Part shown: positions 36,940-46,923 of the stretch, piece after piece | How the letters are laid out: every line of letters begins with the position of its first letter | How positions within the stretch are numbered: the first letter of the stretch is position 1 | NCBI GenBank assembly: GCA_041690295.1 | Contig: JAWLHR010000002.1 | Span: forward strand, 187,416-251,415 | Direction of reading: 5' to 3' | Length of the DNA: 64,000 nucleotides | DNA from: Bdellovibrionales bacterium | GTDB lineage: Bacteria > Bdellovibrionota > Bdellovibrionia > Bdellovibrionales > UBA1609 | The notes under the pieces: generated by a model | What the model saw: only the letters and a program-made list of their open reading frames with translations | Told to the model about the DNA's origin: nothing | Databases searched by the model: none | Position numbers and translations under genes: made by a program

Positions 36940-38868
36940 CTAGCCGCCAAAAATCCCTTTTAAGAGCTTTTTGCCTTCTTGCTCAAGCTTTTTGGTTTGG
37001 CTTTTGCTTTTTGAGCCCTCGATGCTGTTCTTCGCGGATTTAACCGCGTTGTCGGCTTCCGCTTTTTTCTCGTCGAGGTCCTTGGTGAGGCCGCCGATGG
37101 TTTTATCCATCTCGGCTTTCAACTTATCGCGTTCCGAACCGATCCGTTGATCGACGAATTTACGCAGTTGAGCTTTGGCCTCTTCGATTTTCGCCTGAAT
37201 TTGCTTTTGAAAGCCTTTAGCCAGCTCATCACCCAGATTTGAATTGATGCGAATATCGAAACTGGAGAACGAACCGGTGACGTGCGCGTTCAAGGTCACA
37301 TTGGGGATGCCCTTCAGGATGTTATCGATGATCTCGTGCACCATTTTGTTTTTAGCCTGAAGGTCATACTTCAGGTTGTTGAAAGAGTTTTTGATGTCGA
37401 TCCGGAGTTTCTCGTCAGCCAATTCCGCGTTCATCGTGGTGCTGCCCGTGGCCTCGGCCAGCGCCAGTCGCACGTCGGAGCTGTCCGACAATCGGGTGTC
37501 GGTGACCGGAAAACTCGCGATGTTCACCACCATCGTCTCACGAGCTTCTTCCTTGGTGTGATCAATTGTGATTTTGGCATCAAGTCCATGGATCTTCTGG
37601 TCGGGAAAATCACCGGCCAGCGTGATCAAGGTCGGTTTTTGAATGTAAACGGGATCACTGGTGAGATCGGTCATTTGGCCTTTGATATCACCGCTCAACT
37701 CGCTCTTACCAAGCGCGGAACTGATCTCCGCCTTTTTCAACCAGAACAGCGGATATCCCGCGGTGATCGGAAAGCGGTAATTGGTTCCCTCGCCGCGTTT
37801 GCGGGGAACAAGCCTTTCGGCTTTTTGCTCGGCCTTTTCTTCGGCGCTCTTCTTGGGCGGCATATACTCTCTGGCCACTTCCACGTACTTACGAACGCCG
37901 ACCAGCTTGCTTTCGATCAAGCCCATGAAAAGCTGTTGCGAGAATTCCTTGCCGTCCACATTGGGAAGGCCCAACCGGTTTTGCAGGTCGCGGATGTCTT
38001 CATTGATCATATTCTCAAGCTCTTTGAAAGCTTGGGCGTAGCTGTTGGCTTCGCCTTTCACATCCTTGGAGGTTTTCTCAATGAGCTTTACTTTCTGATC
38101 CACCTCTTTGATGATCTTTTCCGCTTCTTTCACGCTGGCCGCGAATTCCGCGGGCTTATTGATATCGAATTTAAGCGCCTTAACCCGAGCTTCGTACTGT
38201 TTGAGTTCCTGCGCTTGCGGCAGCTCCTTGATCCGTTGTTCCCACTTGGCGCTTTTTTCCTTAAGCTCTTGTTCCAGTTGTTTGATCCGAGCGTCGGATT
38301 TCAGTTCACCCTGGATATTTTTGAGCTGTTCCTTGGGATCCACGCCTCCCAGAATCGCGGCAATGTCGCCCAGGAAATTCTTGTTCAGCTTCTTTTGTGT
38401 TTGGCTTAAAACCTGATCCTGCGCTTTTTGTAATAGGCTTGGCCCTTGTGAGGGCGGTGGAGGCGGTACGACGTAACCGGGTTTCGCCCGCTTGGTTAAA
38501 GCCGCGATATCCAAGATTGAAGCTTCGTTGATCAGAACCTTCGCGCGCAAAAGCGCATCCCAAGACATTTGAAACCGGATTTGACCGATTTGGACGAGGT
38601 TTCGCTCCGGTTTATTCTTGTCGGTGACTTGCACATTGTCGATTTCCAGGCGGGCTTTAAGGAAGCTTGTCGAGAGGCGGCCGATATTGACTTCGGCTCC
38701 ATTCACCTGTGTTCCCACGTACTCAAGGGCACGGCGAACATGGCCGTCGAAAAACAAAGTGAAGTACGCCGCCACCAATGCCGTGAGTATCGTTGCGGGT
38801 ATGACCGCTTCCCAGCGGATCGGACCTTTGGATTTCTTCTTTTTGTTCTTATCCGTAGAGGTTGTCAT
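36940..38868 (-). CDS. TIGR03545-family protein (N-terminal anchor, AsmA-like region, coiled coils)
   Basis: IRWEAVIP + TM, VNGAEVNIG, LVPRKRGEG...YPLFWLKK, INSNLGDEL; paired with TIGR03546-like gene; ATG 38868. Confidence 0.75.
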   Translation of the reverse strand: MTTSTDKNKKKKSKGPIRWEAVIPATILTALVAAYFTLFFDGHVRRALEYVGTQVNGAEVNIGRLSTSFLKARLEIDNVQVTDKNKPERNLVQIGQIRFQMSWDALLRAKVLINEASILDIAALTKRAKPGYVVPPPPPSQGPSLLQKAQDQVLSQTQKKLNKNFLGDIAAILGGVDPKEQLKNIQGELKSDARIKQLEQELKEKSAKWEQRIKELPQAQELKQYEARVKALKFDINKPAEFAASVKEAEKIIKEVDQKVKLIEKTSKDVKGEANSYAQAFKELENMINEDIRDLQNRLGLPNVDGKEFSQQLFMGLIESKLVGVRKYVEVAREYMPPKKSAEEKAEQKAERLVPRKRGEGTNYRFPITAGYPLFWLKKAEISSALGKSELSGDIKGQMTDLTSDPVYIQKPTLITLAGDFPDQKIHGLDAKITIDHTKEEARETMVVNIASFPVTDTRLSDSSDVRLALAEATGSTTMNAELADEKLRIDIKNSFNNLKYDLQAKNKMVHEIIDNILKGIPNVTLNAHVTGSFSSFDIRINSNLGDELAKGFQKQIQAKIEEAKAQLRKFVDQRIGSERDKLKAEMDKTIGGLTKDLDEKKAEADNAVKSAKNSIEGSKSKSQTKKLEQEGKKLLKGIFGG

Positions 38869-39373
38869 AGGTGTAATACCATCTGTAAAGAGAGGTTGCC
38901 TGAACTGCTTTCCAAAACTTTGATTCACGAAAACGCGCGACGACAGTGTCCCGGTATTTGGCCACAAGGGCGCGGCTGATCAAAAAGACAACCGGGCTTA
39001 AGGCGATCGTGACCACCGCTGAACCCATGACGATCGAATTATTGAATCGGGTGAGCGGCACTAGCGGCATGTTGTACATGGCCGTGAAAAGGCCTTGCAG
39101 GGACGGCATCTCCAAAACCGCCGAACCCACGGAATGAAAAATCGGATCCAGCAAATATCCCGCGAAGGCGAAGAAAAAGGCCGCGATAAAAGCCGCTCCC
39201 GCTTGGATTCGGAAAAAGAAAATACAGATGAACACGAGAAAGCTTTGCAGACTCAAAAACGGAGTCATGCCGAGAATGAATCCCGCGGCGATTCCGGCGG
39301 CGATCTGGTTTTGGCCGGTTTCCGAATTTAGAAGTTTCAACAAACCGAAAATTTGTTTGAGTAAGAAGGTCAT
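38849..39373 (-). CDS. TIGR03546-family membrane protein
   Basis: LLNSETGQNQIAAG, LDPIFHSVG, TRFNNSIVMGS. Confidence 0.8.
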   Translation of the reverse strand: MTFLLKQIFGLLKLLNSETGQNQIAAGIAAGFILGMTPFLSLQSFLVFICIFFFRIQAGAAFIAAFFFAFAGYLLDPIFHSVGSAVLEMPSLQGLFTAMYNMPLVPLTRFNNSIVMGSAVVTIALSPVVFLISRALVAKYRDTVVARFRESKFWKAVQATSLYRWYYTYDNLYG

Positions 39374-39391
39374 AGATAATCCCTCTTGATT

Positions 39392-40495
39392 TTAAGCTTT
39401 AAGTACCTGTTCGATGACTTGATCTTGAATAGAATCGGTCATGTCCGGATACATCGGCAAGCTGATCACACAGTCCGCCATCTTCCGGCTGACCGAGATA
39501 TCAAGCACGCGTCCGTTTTTCGTGTACGCGGGTTGGTCCGCCATGGTTCGGGGATAATGAATCGCGGTGGGAATTCCCTTGGCCTGCAACCGGCTTTGGA
39601 ATTCATCACGATTCGGCACCTGCAAAGTGTATTGCGCCCAAGCGCTGGTGCGATCGGGAGCCAGGGTCGGCGTGCGCACGCCCTTTCCTTCAAGCTCTTT
39701 GAAGGCTTTATTGTAGCGTTCCGCAAGGCGTGAGCGCTGTTCGAGCTCCCAAGGGAAGCGCTCGAGCTTGGGAATTAAAATCGCGCACTGGAGAGTGTCC
39801 AGACGGCCGTTCACGCCGATGCGAGTATGATAGTAGCGGCTTTTTTGGCCATGAACGCGGATCTCCTTGATGGCTTCCGCCAAAGCATCATCGTTGGTGA
39901 AAATCGCACCGCCGTCGCCATAACAACCGAGTGGCTTGGCCGGGAAAAACGAGGTGACGCCGACTGTGCTCAAATTGCAGCTGCGGCGGCCCTTGTAAGT
40001 GGCGCCAAAGCTCTGTGCGGCGTCTTCGATCACGGCCAAATCGTGCTTCTTCGCGAAGGCGTTGATCTCATCCATGTCGGCCGGTTGGCCGTAAAGCGAG
40101 ACCGGTTGAATGGCCTTGGTTTTCGGGCTTAACGCCGACTCCAGGTGGCGCACGTCCAGATTGTAGGTTCGAGGATCAATATCGACATAAACGGGTGTGG
40201 CGCCCGTGAGCAAAACCACTTCCGCGGTGGCGACAAAGGAAAAAGCCGGGACGATGACTTCGTCGCCGGGGCCGATTCCCAGGGCCATCAGCGTGATCAG
40301 CGCCGCGTCCGTTCCACTGGAAACGGCGATGGCATGTTTGGCGCCCGTGAACGCCGCGAGCTTTTGTTCCAGTTCGCCCACTTCGGGGCCCATGATGAAC
40401 TGGCCGTGTTCGAGGACGTTTTGAATACGCTGCTGGATGGGGTCACGGAGCGCTTGATATTGCGCTTTTAGGTCAATAAATGGGATATTCGGCAT
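39392..40495 (-). CDS. DegT/DnrJ/EryC1/StrS PLP-dependent sugar aminotransferase (WbpE-like)
   Basis: IPFIDLKAQY, SSGTDA, IEDAAQSFGA, SFFPAKPLGCYGDGG. Confidence 0.93.
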   Translation of the reverse strand: MPNIPFIDLKAQYQALRDPIQQRIQNVLEHGQFIMGPEVGELEQKLAAFTGAKHAIAVSSGTDAALITLMALGIGPGDEVIVPAFSFVATAEVVLLTGATPVYVDIDPRTYNLDVRHLESALSPKTKAIQPVSLYGQPADMDEINAFAKKHDLAVIEDAAQSFGATYKGRRSCNLSTVGVTSFFPAKPLGCYGDGGAIFTNDDALAEAIKEIRVHGQKSRYYHTRIGVNGRLDTLQCAILIPKLERFPWELEQRSRLAERYNKAFKELEGKGVRTPTLAPDRTSAWAQYTLQVPNRDEFQSRLQAKGIPTAIHYPRTMADQPAYTKNGRVLDISVSRKMADCVISLPMYPDMTDSIQDQVIEQVLKA

Positions 40496-40547
40496 TTATA
40501 TTGTTGTGCACGAGGTAGGTCCTCGTCGTCAACCGGGGAGTGCTTAG

Positions 40548-41945
40548 ATGATTCCAGTGATCTTGTCCGGCGGAAGCGGAACTCGATTGTGGCCTGTTTC
40601 ACGCGCCTCATACCCCAAGCAGTTTTGTGACTTCTTTGACGGGTCGTTTTTAGATAACACCATTCGCCGGCTTAAGTCCTTGGGCGATATTCACATTTTG
40701 ACCACTAAATCCATGGAGTCTCTGACTCACAGAGCCGTAAAGCGGGAATCGCTGAATCCTGAAGATGTCATTTTTGAACCCATGGGAATGAATACGGCTC
40801 CAGCGATTGCCTTGTTGTGTCAGATTCTTTCGTTACGCGGAAAAGGCGAAGAGATCGTCGGTGTGTTTCCCTCGGACCACTTGGTGGCCGATGAAAAGAA
40901 ATTTTTGGCGGCGGTGAGCCTGGCGCAAAAAGCGGCGGCTGACGGTTATGTGGCCACCCTCGGCATCCAGCCACTGAATCCGGCGACTGGCTATGGCTAT
41001 ATTGAGGTCAGCGATGAAGTGACCGTGCAGGAAGGTGATCTTCGCGCCTTAAAGGTTCGCGGCTTTCGTGAAAAGCCGAACCAGGAAACCGCCCAAGCTT
41101 ATCTGGAATCAGGCCGGCATTTTTGGAACGCCGGAATGTTCGTGTTTCGCGTGAACGACATGATTTCTCATTTCAAAAAGTTCCAGCCGGAAATGTGGTC
41201 CAAGATCGGCGCCATCTCGGCGGACCTCAGCAACCTGAGTTACAATTATTCATTGGTTGATAGTATCAGTCTGGATTACGCCATCATGGAAAAGTTGGAC
41301 CGCCAAGTTTGTGTTCCCTGTGATATCGGGTGGAGCGACGTGGGGTCTTGGGATGAAATGGCGCGGATCGCCGAGGAGTCGGTGGGCCTTTCTTCCAAAT
41401 CACGGGCTGAAGTGTTCAACATACATTCCGAAAACAATTTTGTTTTTTCCGTTCACAACAAAGTCATCGGCCTGATTGACGTTAAAAATCTTCTCGTGGT
41501 GGATACACCCGACGCCTTGATGATTTCGCAGAAAGGTTCGGCGCAAAAAGTAAAAAACCTGGTTGAGCTTTTGCGTGAGGCCGGCCAACCCGAGGCGACC
41601 GAGCATCCGTTTGAAACCCGCCCCTGGGGACGCTTCGAAATTCTGGCCGATGAAAAATCGTTTAAATCGAAAAAAGTGACGGTGGACCCGGGCGGACAAC
41701 TCTCCTACCAGAGTCACCTGCATCGGAGTGAGCATTGGGTGATCATTTCGGGCCAGGGTCAAGTGGTTCTCAATGAAAAGACCATCGACGTTAAGGCCGG
41801 GGAATACATTCATATTCCGGCCGGTGCCAAACACCGCATTCGCAACTCGTCGACCGAACCGCTGGTCTTCGTTGAGGTGCAAACGGGGACTTACTTTGGC
41901 GAGGACGATATCACTCGTTATAAAGATGATTACAATCGCCAGTAG
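40548..41945 (+). CDS. manC: Mannose-1-phosphate guanylyltransferase / mannose-6-phosphate isomerase
   Basis: LSGGSGTRLWPVSR..PKQF, FREKP, WSDVGSW, C-terminal cupin RPWG...HRSEHW, EVQTG. Confidence 0.95.
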   Translation: MIPVILSGGSGTRLWPVSRASYPKQFCDFFDGSFLDNTIRRLKSLGDIHILTTKSMESLTHRAVKRESLNPEDVIFEPMGMNTAPAIALLCQILSLRGKGEEIVGVFPSDHLVADEKKFLAAVSLAQKAAADGYVATLGIQPLNPATGYGYIEVSDEVTVQEGDLRALKVRGFREKPNQETAQAYLESGRHFWNAGMFVFRVNDMISHFKKFQPEMWSKIGAISADLSNLSYNYSLVDSISLDYAIMEKLDRQVCVPCDIGWSDVGSWDEMARIAEESVGLSSKSRAEVFNIHSENNFVFSVHNKVIGLIDVKNLLVVDTPDALMISQKGSAQKVKNLVELLREAGQPEATEHPFETRPWGRFEILADEKSFKSKKVTVDPGGQLSYQSHLHRSEHWVIISGQGQVVLNEKTIDVKAGEYIHIPAGAKHRIRNSSTEPLVFVEVQTGTYFGEDDITRYKDDYNRQ

Positions 41946-41991
41946 TAGGTGGTGCTTGCCTACGGAACCGAAGTCCTCTTAACCTGTAGTT

Positions 41992-42327
41992 ATGTTGGAT
42001 TTGGATCATATCGCGGCTCAGCGGGCGAAACGGTTAAATCAGACACTCGATGCTTGGAAAGAGGCCGTCTGGAGCCCGGAGTTTCAGAAATTTTCGGCCA
42101 GTCTGAGCGATGGGGAAGTGGAACAGGTTTTGTCCTGGTGTCCGTCCGTCGAACATTTAAGGGCGCTGATTGAGTATCTGGAAAAGAACGGGGATTCTTC
42201 GTTAACGCCTTATCCGCGTCTGTTGAGTTTGGCGAAGTCGGACCGATTGACTCCGCAAAAATGGATTGAAACCAAATTACCGATCGGCCTCAAAGCCAAT
42301 GACGTTCCTGCAAAAAAGTCTCGTTGA
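41992..42327 (+). CDS. Hypothetical protein
   Basis: 111 aa ORF filling the gap and overlapping the next start; no family recognised. Confidence 0.55.
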   Translation: MLDLDHIAAQRAKRLNQTLDAWKEAVWSPEFQKFSASLSDGEVEQVLSWCPSVEHLRALIEYLEKNGDSSLTPYPRLLSLAKSDRLTPQKWIETKLPIGLKANDVPAKKSR

Positions 42328-43165
42328 TTTTGTTCAAACACTGGAAAGCTGGAATATCACCAAGCAGACGGTATCGTCTTTGGTGCTCCTGCTGGCGGTT
42401 TTCATATTCCGCTGGATCGTTATTATTACCATCCGTAACTGGAAGGCGCCGTCGGGAGATGAAAAGCGGCGCTGGATTCTCCACATCAAAAATATCAGCT
42501 TCTTTATTCTCGCCGCGGGTCTTTTCGGTATCTGGGCGACGGAACTTCGAGCGTTCGCGATCTCTTTAGTCGCCGTGGCCGCGGCGCTGGCGATCGCGAC
42601 CAAGGAAATGATTCAAAGTTTTCTCGGCGGAATTTACATCTCCAGCGCAAGGCCGTTCCATTTGGGCGACCGCATAGAAGTGAACGGATTTCGCGGTGAA
42701 GTCATCGATCACGACCTTCTTAGCACCACTTTGTTGGAGATTGGGCCAGATAAGGAAATGCACTCGCTCTCCGGCCGACAGCTCATCATTCCCAATTCGC
42801 TTTTTCTAAGCCATCCCGTGCACAATCAATCTTTGCAGCAAGAGTATGTTTTGCAAACCCTTCGGTTCGTTGTCTGGCCGGGAGAAGACTGGACTCAGCT
42901 TGAGCGCTGTCTTTTACAGGCGGCGGAGAAGGAGTGCAGAAGCTACATCGAGCCCGCTGCCCATGCCATGCGCCGATTGGCGCAAAGAGAGGGTTTGGAT
43001 TTACCGAAGGTGGATCCGCGGGTCACCGTACACTATGACGACGACGGAAGGTTAATCGTGTCCCTTCGATTTCCGGCGCCGATGGGCTCCGTCTCGCGGG
43101 TCAATCAGGCCATTCTTCGTTCCGTGGCTACGGAACGAAAAATGGTCCCGCAGGTTCAAGCTTAG
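42299..43165 (+). CDS. Small-conductance mechanosensitive channel (MscS family)
   Basis: 3 [25 protein letters not shown]. Confidence 0.9.
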   Translation: MTFLQKSLVDFVQTLESWNITKQTVSSLVLLLAVFIFRWIVIITIRNWKAPSGDEKRRWILHIKNISFFILAAGLFGIWATELRAFAISLVAVAAALAIATKEMIQSFLGGIYISSARPFHLGDRIEVNGFRGEVIDHDLLSTTLLEIGPDKEMHSLSGRQLIIPNSLFLSHPVHNQSLQQEYVLQTLRFVVWPGEDWTQLERCLLQAAEKECRSYIEPAAHAMRRLAQREGLDLPKVDPRVTVHYDDDGRLIVSLRFPAPMGSVSRVNQAILRSVATERKMVPQVQA

Positions 43166-43956
43166 GCTCCGCCGGCCGCCTTGTAGAGCGGCATCACCTT
43201 GGGAATCAAGGATTGAATGCGCCGGATCCGGGTTGTATCCGCCGGGTGAGTGCTTAAAATTTCAGGCGGTTTGCCGCCACCGCTGGCCGAGGCCATCTTT
43301 TTCCACAGGCTAACGGCTTCTTCGGGATTGAATCCCGCGCGCGCCATCAACTCAATGCCAATGTCATCCGCTTCGGCTTCTTGTCCGCGACTGTGAGGCA
43401 GTGTGATCACGATGTTCGTTAACAGACCTAAGGCTCCGGCGTATTTTGGATCCACCGTGCCTGTCGCCACGAGAATCTGCAGTCCGGTCTGTTGTAAGAT
43501 GGCCTCGGACATTCGTTCGCGGCCGTGCTCTCGAAGGGCGTGGGCCATCTCATGTCCCATGATCGCGGCGATCTCACCGTCGGTGAGATTCAACTTTTCG
43601 ATGATCCCGGTGTAGAACATGATCTTTCCGCCGGGCATGCAATAGGCATTGATATCAGGTTGTGTGATGACATTAACTTCCCAAGCCCAGTTCACGGCGT
43701 CTTTGCGAAAAACAGCGGTGTGCGGAATCAAGCGCTTGGAGATCGCCTGCAGACGGCGTAACTGCTCGGGGTTGCGATTCAACGCACCCTTCTTTTTGGC
43801 TTCCGCTTTGGTCTGTTCATAGGCCTGCGCCGAGGCTTGGATAATTTCGGAACTTGGCACCAACATTAGCTGGCGACGACCGGCTTTGACTGTTCCCCGC
43901 TCGGTGGTGCTGGCACAGCCAATGAGAATGAACGGAATAATTAACAGGCGTTTCAT
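43162..43956 (-). CDS. M48-family Zn metallopeptidase lipoprotein
   Basis: Lipobox [27 protein letters not shown]. Confidence 0.93.
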   Translation of the reverse strand: MKRLLIIPFILIGCASTTERGTVKAGRRQLMLVPSSEIIQASAQAYEQTKAEAKKKGALNRNPEQLRRLQAISKRLIPHTAVFRKDAVNWAWEVNVITQPDINAYCMPGGKIMFYTGIIEKLNLTDGEIAAIMGHEMAHALREHGRERMSEAILQQTGLQILVATGTVDPKYAGALGLLTNIVITLPHSRGQEAEADDIGIELMARAGFNPEEAVSLWKKMASASGGGKPPEILSTHPADTTRIRRIQSLIPKVMPLYKAAGGA

Positions 43957-44015
43957 GCCCCCGATATTAAATCCGGGGGACGCGAGGGGTCATCAAAAAA
44001 TTCCTTAACCGGAAA

Positions 44016-44519
44016 TTACTTTTTGGGTTTTTTCGCGGGTGTCTTATTCGGTGCGCGTTCCGCCTCTGGATCAGGGTCATTGCCGTACTTTACGAGATTG
44101 CTGATGACATCGTAGCTGGTACGAACGCCCTCAATGTGCGCGCGGGGGAACGTCTTTTGTGATTCAAATTTCTGCAATATTTTTTCAATCGCCGCCCAGT
44201 GCTTCTCGATATCGTCGTAGTTTTCTTCCATCACCTGATGCTGTTGTTCGTAGGGGCTGATTTTTACCATGATCCGGGTGGCCAACTCCAATTCACTTGG
44301 CGTCGGGTTTCGGCCGGAAATGACGCTCTTAACGAAGTCCGAACTTTTATCGATGAGCTTTAACTGGCGATCGATGGTCTTCTGATTGAAGAAATCCGGT
44401 TTAACTTGCTTCATTTCGGCTTCAATAGCCCGGGCTTCACGTACGAAGTCCGTCGTTTGGGCGTAACCCGTGATGCTTGCAACAGCCATGGAAAGGATCA
44501 AAACCTTAAGTAATTTCAC
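44016..44519 (-). CDS. Hypothetical exported protein (candidate amidase partner/immunity protein)
   Basis: GTG start 1 nt after the upstream stop; Sec-type signal ending GYA; helical mature region. Confidence 0.65.
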   Translation of the reverse strand: MKLLKVLILSMAVASITGYAQTTDFVREARAIEAEMKQVKPDFFNQKTIDRQLKLIDKSSDFVKSVISGRNPTPSELELATRIMVKISPYEQQHQVMEENYDDIEKHWAAIEKILQKFESQKTFPRAHIEGVRTSYDVISNLVKYGNDPDPEAERAPNKTPAKKPKK

Positions 44520-44520
44520 T

Positions 44521-45402
44521 TTAAACTCCCTTCAGCTTGTAGGCGACCCGACTATGATATCGTCGCGCATTGCATACAGGTCGAGAAGTGCAAAAATCAC
44601 TGCAATAGAGACGGCCCCGTTTTTTGTCGTGAACAACGATTTCAACGTGGCCATATCCATGTTTTCCACCGCCACAGGTCAAAACTGACCCAACCGGAGC
44701 TTTTTCCATGGGTCCAGTGAACCTTTCAAACATGTGATGGCGGGCGAGGCGGGCGCCTTGGGCCGACCCGTGCCCACGTCCCCAGGGTATTCCCGCTTCT
44801 TCCATGGCCTCACGAACTCCGGTGGCGCACAATCCTTTTGAAACGCTGTCGCCACACATCCAGCGTCCACCTTTAAAGCGGGCGGATTTGCGACATTTCC
44901 CGGCGGCTTTGAGAGAGGCCGCTGTCAAGCGTTGAACCAAGGACTTTCCTCTTGCGGCTTGTGCGTCCATTTCCGCTTTCATTTCCGAGCGGCGTGGGTT
45001 CGCCTCTGGTAAAGGAATTTGGTCGAGCGAGGCGAGGGGATTGAACGTGTTGTTATTACAAGCCTCACAAGTTCCGGCCTCTGTTTCGGCTAAATCCAAG
45101 GCGACGGGAGCGATATCGGACTCGATGACAAATGCACCCTGAGATTCGGGAACGGCAACGACAGGTTTGGTGGTTCTTTTTTTCGAGACTTTTCGAGTGG
45201 CCTTCTTTTTAGTGCCGCGCTTGGCTCGCTTAGTGCGTTTGAAGCGAGACTTTTGTGCCGGCTGGTCAGCGATGACTCGTAAACCGTTCCCGTCTGTCCA
45301 CCTGAATTCGGTGGCTTCCGCTTCCGCCGCTGTTCCAACAATAAAGATGAACAAACCGGCAAAAAGCAGCCAAGTTTTCCATTTGTTGCTGTTCAGTTTC
45401 AT
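44521..45402 (-). CDS. Exported protein with C-terminal CHAP/NlpC-P60-like Cys-His amidase domain
   Basis: Signal peptide ending AEA, Lys/Arg-rich linker, CEAC, then GLCATGVR...PVGSV...YGHVEI...SDF. Confidence 0.65.
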   Translation of the reverse strand: MKLNSNKWKTWLLFAGLFIFIVGTAAEAEATEFRWTDGNGLRVIADQPAQKSRFKRTKRAKRGTKKKATRKVSKKRTTKPVVAVPESQGAFVIESDIAPVALDLAETEAGTCEACNNNTFNPLASLDQIPLPEANPRRSEMKAEMDAQAARGKSLVQRLTAASLKAAGKCRKSARFKGGRWMCGDSVSKGLCATGVREAMEEAGIPWGRGHGSAQGARLARHHMFERFTGPMEKAPVGSVLTCGGGKHGYGHVEIVVHDKKRGRLYCSDFCTSRPVCNARRYHSRVAYKLKGV

Positions 45403-45578
45403 TATCCTGATTCCCTTCACCCTTTGCGTTGCTATCGATTGTAAAAATTGCAATGCGGGGACCCTAAAAATTTATCTAGTAATTTCAAGTAGTTACGTAA
45501 TTGACCTGTTTTATTTTGAGATGAGCTGTCCAGACCCGTTTACAGCTGTCAGGGTGAAAATGACAAAAAAGGGCAGGT

Positions 45579-45806
45579 TTATCGCTTTCCTATGGATTGA
45601 ACGGGGCAGATTTTGAGGGCGCGTTCGCAGGCCTCTCGCTCGCTCGCCGTCCGAGGCTGCCGGCTGAAATAAGCATAGGTCTCGATGGCATGGCTGCTAA
45701 TATTGGCCGGAGCCTCTTTCCAGCAGGCGGCGCACCGGATGCAATTGAGATCGACATAAAACTCACCCGGTACATTTTCCGGGCTAATCAAGTTCGGATC
45801 AGCCAT
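45579..45806 (-). CDS. Single-cluster ferredoxin
   Basis: FYVDLNCIRCAAC...AP...CPVQSI. Confidence 0.88.
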   Translation of the reverse strand: MADPNLISPENVPGEFYVDLNCIRCAACWKEAPANISSHAIETYAYFSRQPRTASEREACERALKICPVQSIGKR

Positions 45807-45811
45807 TCCTC

Positions 45812-46129
45812 TCAGCCCGCGGCGGACAATGGGGACTTACGGCGGCTGGCCCTTCGCTTTTTTTGCGAAGTCAGTTGGCGCAAAAGCCGCGTGCGCGCGT
45901 TGAGCACGACCGTCACTAAATTCGGCCCGCGTTCCTCGCAGATGATGTCACGATGATTGAAGTGAACGAGAATCTTGGCTTCGAACTGATTTTTATTTTC
46001 ACGTTTTAGAAACAGCTTCAGATGGGTCACCTTGGGTGCGAGTTCGAAGATTTTTTTGAGTTTCCGTTCAAGCTGGGCTCGCAGTTCGGGACTGAGTTCA
46101 AAATGTTCGGACATGATCGACAGCGACAT
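45812..46129 (-). CDS. hpf: HPF/RaiA-family ribosome hibernation factor (short form)
   Basis: HFELSPELRAQLERKL, beta-alpha pattern, RLLRQL; strong AAGGAGG SD. Confidence 0.7.
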   Translation of the reverse strand: MSLSIMSEHFELSPELRAQLERKLKKIFELAPKVTHLKLFLKRENKNQFEAKILVHFNHRDIICEERGPNLVTVVLNARTRLLRQLTSQKKRRASRRKSPLSAAG

Positions 46130-46168
46130 CTCTCCTCCTTAATTCCCAAGTTGATACGAAAATAAAAC

Positions 46169-46184
46169 AGCAAGATCCGCGCCG
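46169..46184 (-). promoter_or_regulatory. Putative sigma54 -24/-12 promoter for hpf-ferredoxin
   Basis: Minus strand CGGCGC-GGATC-TTGCT (GG-N10-GC). Confidence 0.5.
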
Positions 46185-46202
46185 CTGAACCCTCGATCGA
46201 AT

Positions 46203-46218
46203 TGGAGTTTTGTTTGCA
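46203..46218 (+). promoter_or_regulatory. Possible sigma54 -24/-12 promoter for the Crp/Fnr gene
   Basis: TGGAGT-TTTGT-TTGCA (GG-N10-GC) 13 nt before ATG 46232. Confidence 0.3.
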
Positions 46219-46231
46219 TAAGTCTCACCAC

Positions 46232-46921
46232 ATGGAACAACGCGATCTGACCAAAGTGGCCAAATTTTCGGCCTTTTTAGGGTTTCCTGTGGATGAAATT
46301 GAAGGTTTATTCGCGGGTGCGACAATACAGAATTTGAAGCACCGCGAATGCGCCTATGTGGCTGGTGATACGGCGCAATCTTTCGCGCTGCTTTTAGAGG
46401 GCGCACTGAAGCTGGTTAAATCGCTCCCTTCAGGCGAAGACGTGATTCTCTCGTTCGTCACTCCCGGCGAATTCGTGGCTCTCTTGCTTATGTCCCGTGA
46501 AATCAGCACCTATCCGGTGTCCGTCATCTCCATGGGAGAGTCCCGGGTTATTAAAATTCCAAAGAGAACCTACGCCGAGGTGTGGACCAAGAATCCCACA
46601 ATGATTCAAAGGGTGAATAATTTGATTTTCGCGCGTGTCGCGGAGCTGCAGCAAAACAAGCTTATGGAAAAGGCCAGCTTACCGCAAAGGATCGCGAGAC
46701 AGCTTGTCTCATTGGTCGAACGATTCGGTAATGGAAATGGGACAAATCTTCCCATGCCGCTGACGCGACAGGAGATTGCGGACGCGGTTGGGGCCAGCGT
46801 CGAATCCGTGATTCGGGTGATGAGCCAATGGTCCCAGCAAGGTGTTCTCCACACCGAAGACCAAAGAATTGAAGTCAATCGCATGGATATTCTCGAGCAA
46901 ATCATGCGAGGCCAAGACTAA
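46232..46921 (+). CDS. Crp/Fnr-family regulator (Dnr/NnrR/HcpR-like, no FNR Cys cluster)
   Basis: cNMP-binding barrel (LLEGALKL, PGEF), HTH LTRQEIADAVGASVESVIR. Confidence 0.9.
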   Translation: MEQRDLTKVAKFSAFLGFPVDEIEGLFAGATIQNLKHRECAYVAGDTAQSFALLLEGALKLVKSLPSGEDVILSFVTPGEFVALLLMSREISTYPVSVISMGESRVIKIPKRTYAEVWTKNPTMIQRVNNLIFARVAELQQNKLMEKASLPQRIARQLVSLVERFGNGNGTNLPMPLTRQEIADAVGASVESVIRVMSQWSQQGVLHTEDQRIEVNRMDILEQIMRGQD

Positions 46922-46923
46922 GC

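Noticed and set aside
45470..45570. TGTCA-N9-TGACA inverted repeat upstream of the amidase gene
   Set aside because: Only 5-bp arms and a single occurrence; cannot be distinguished from chance
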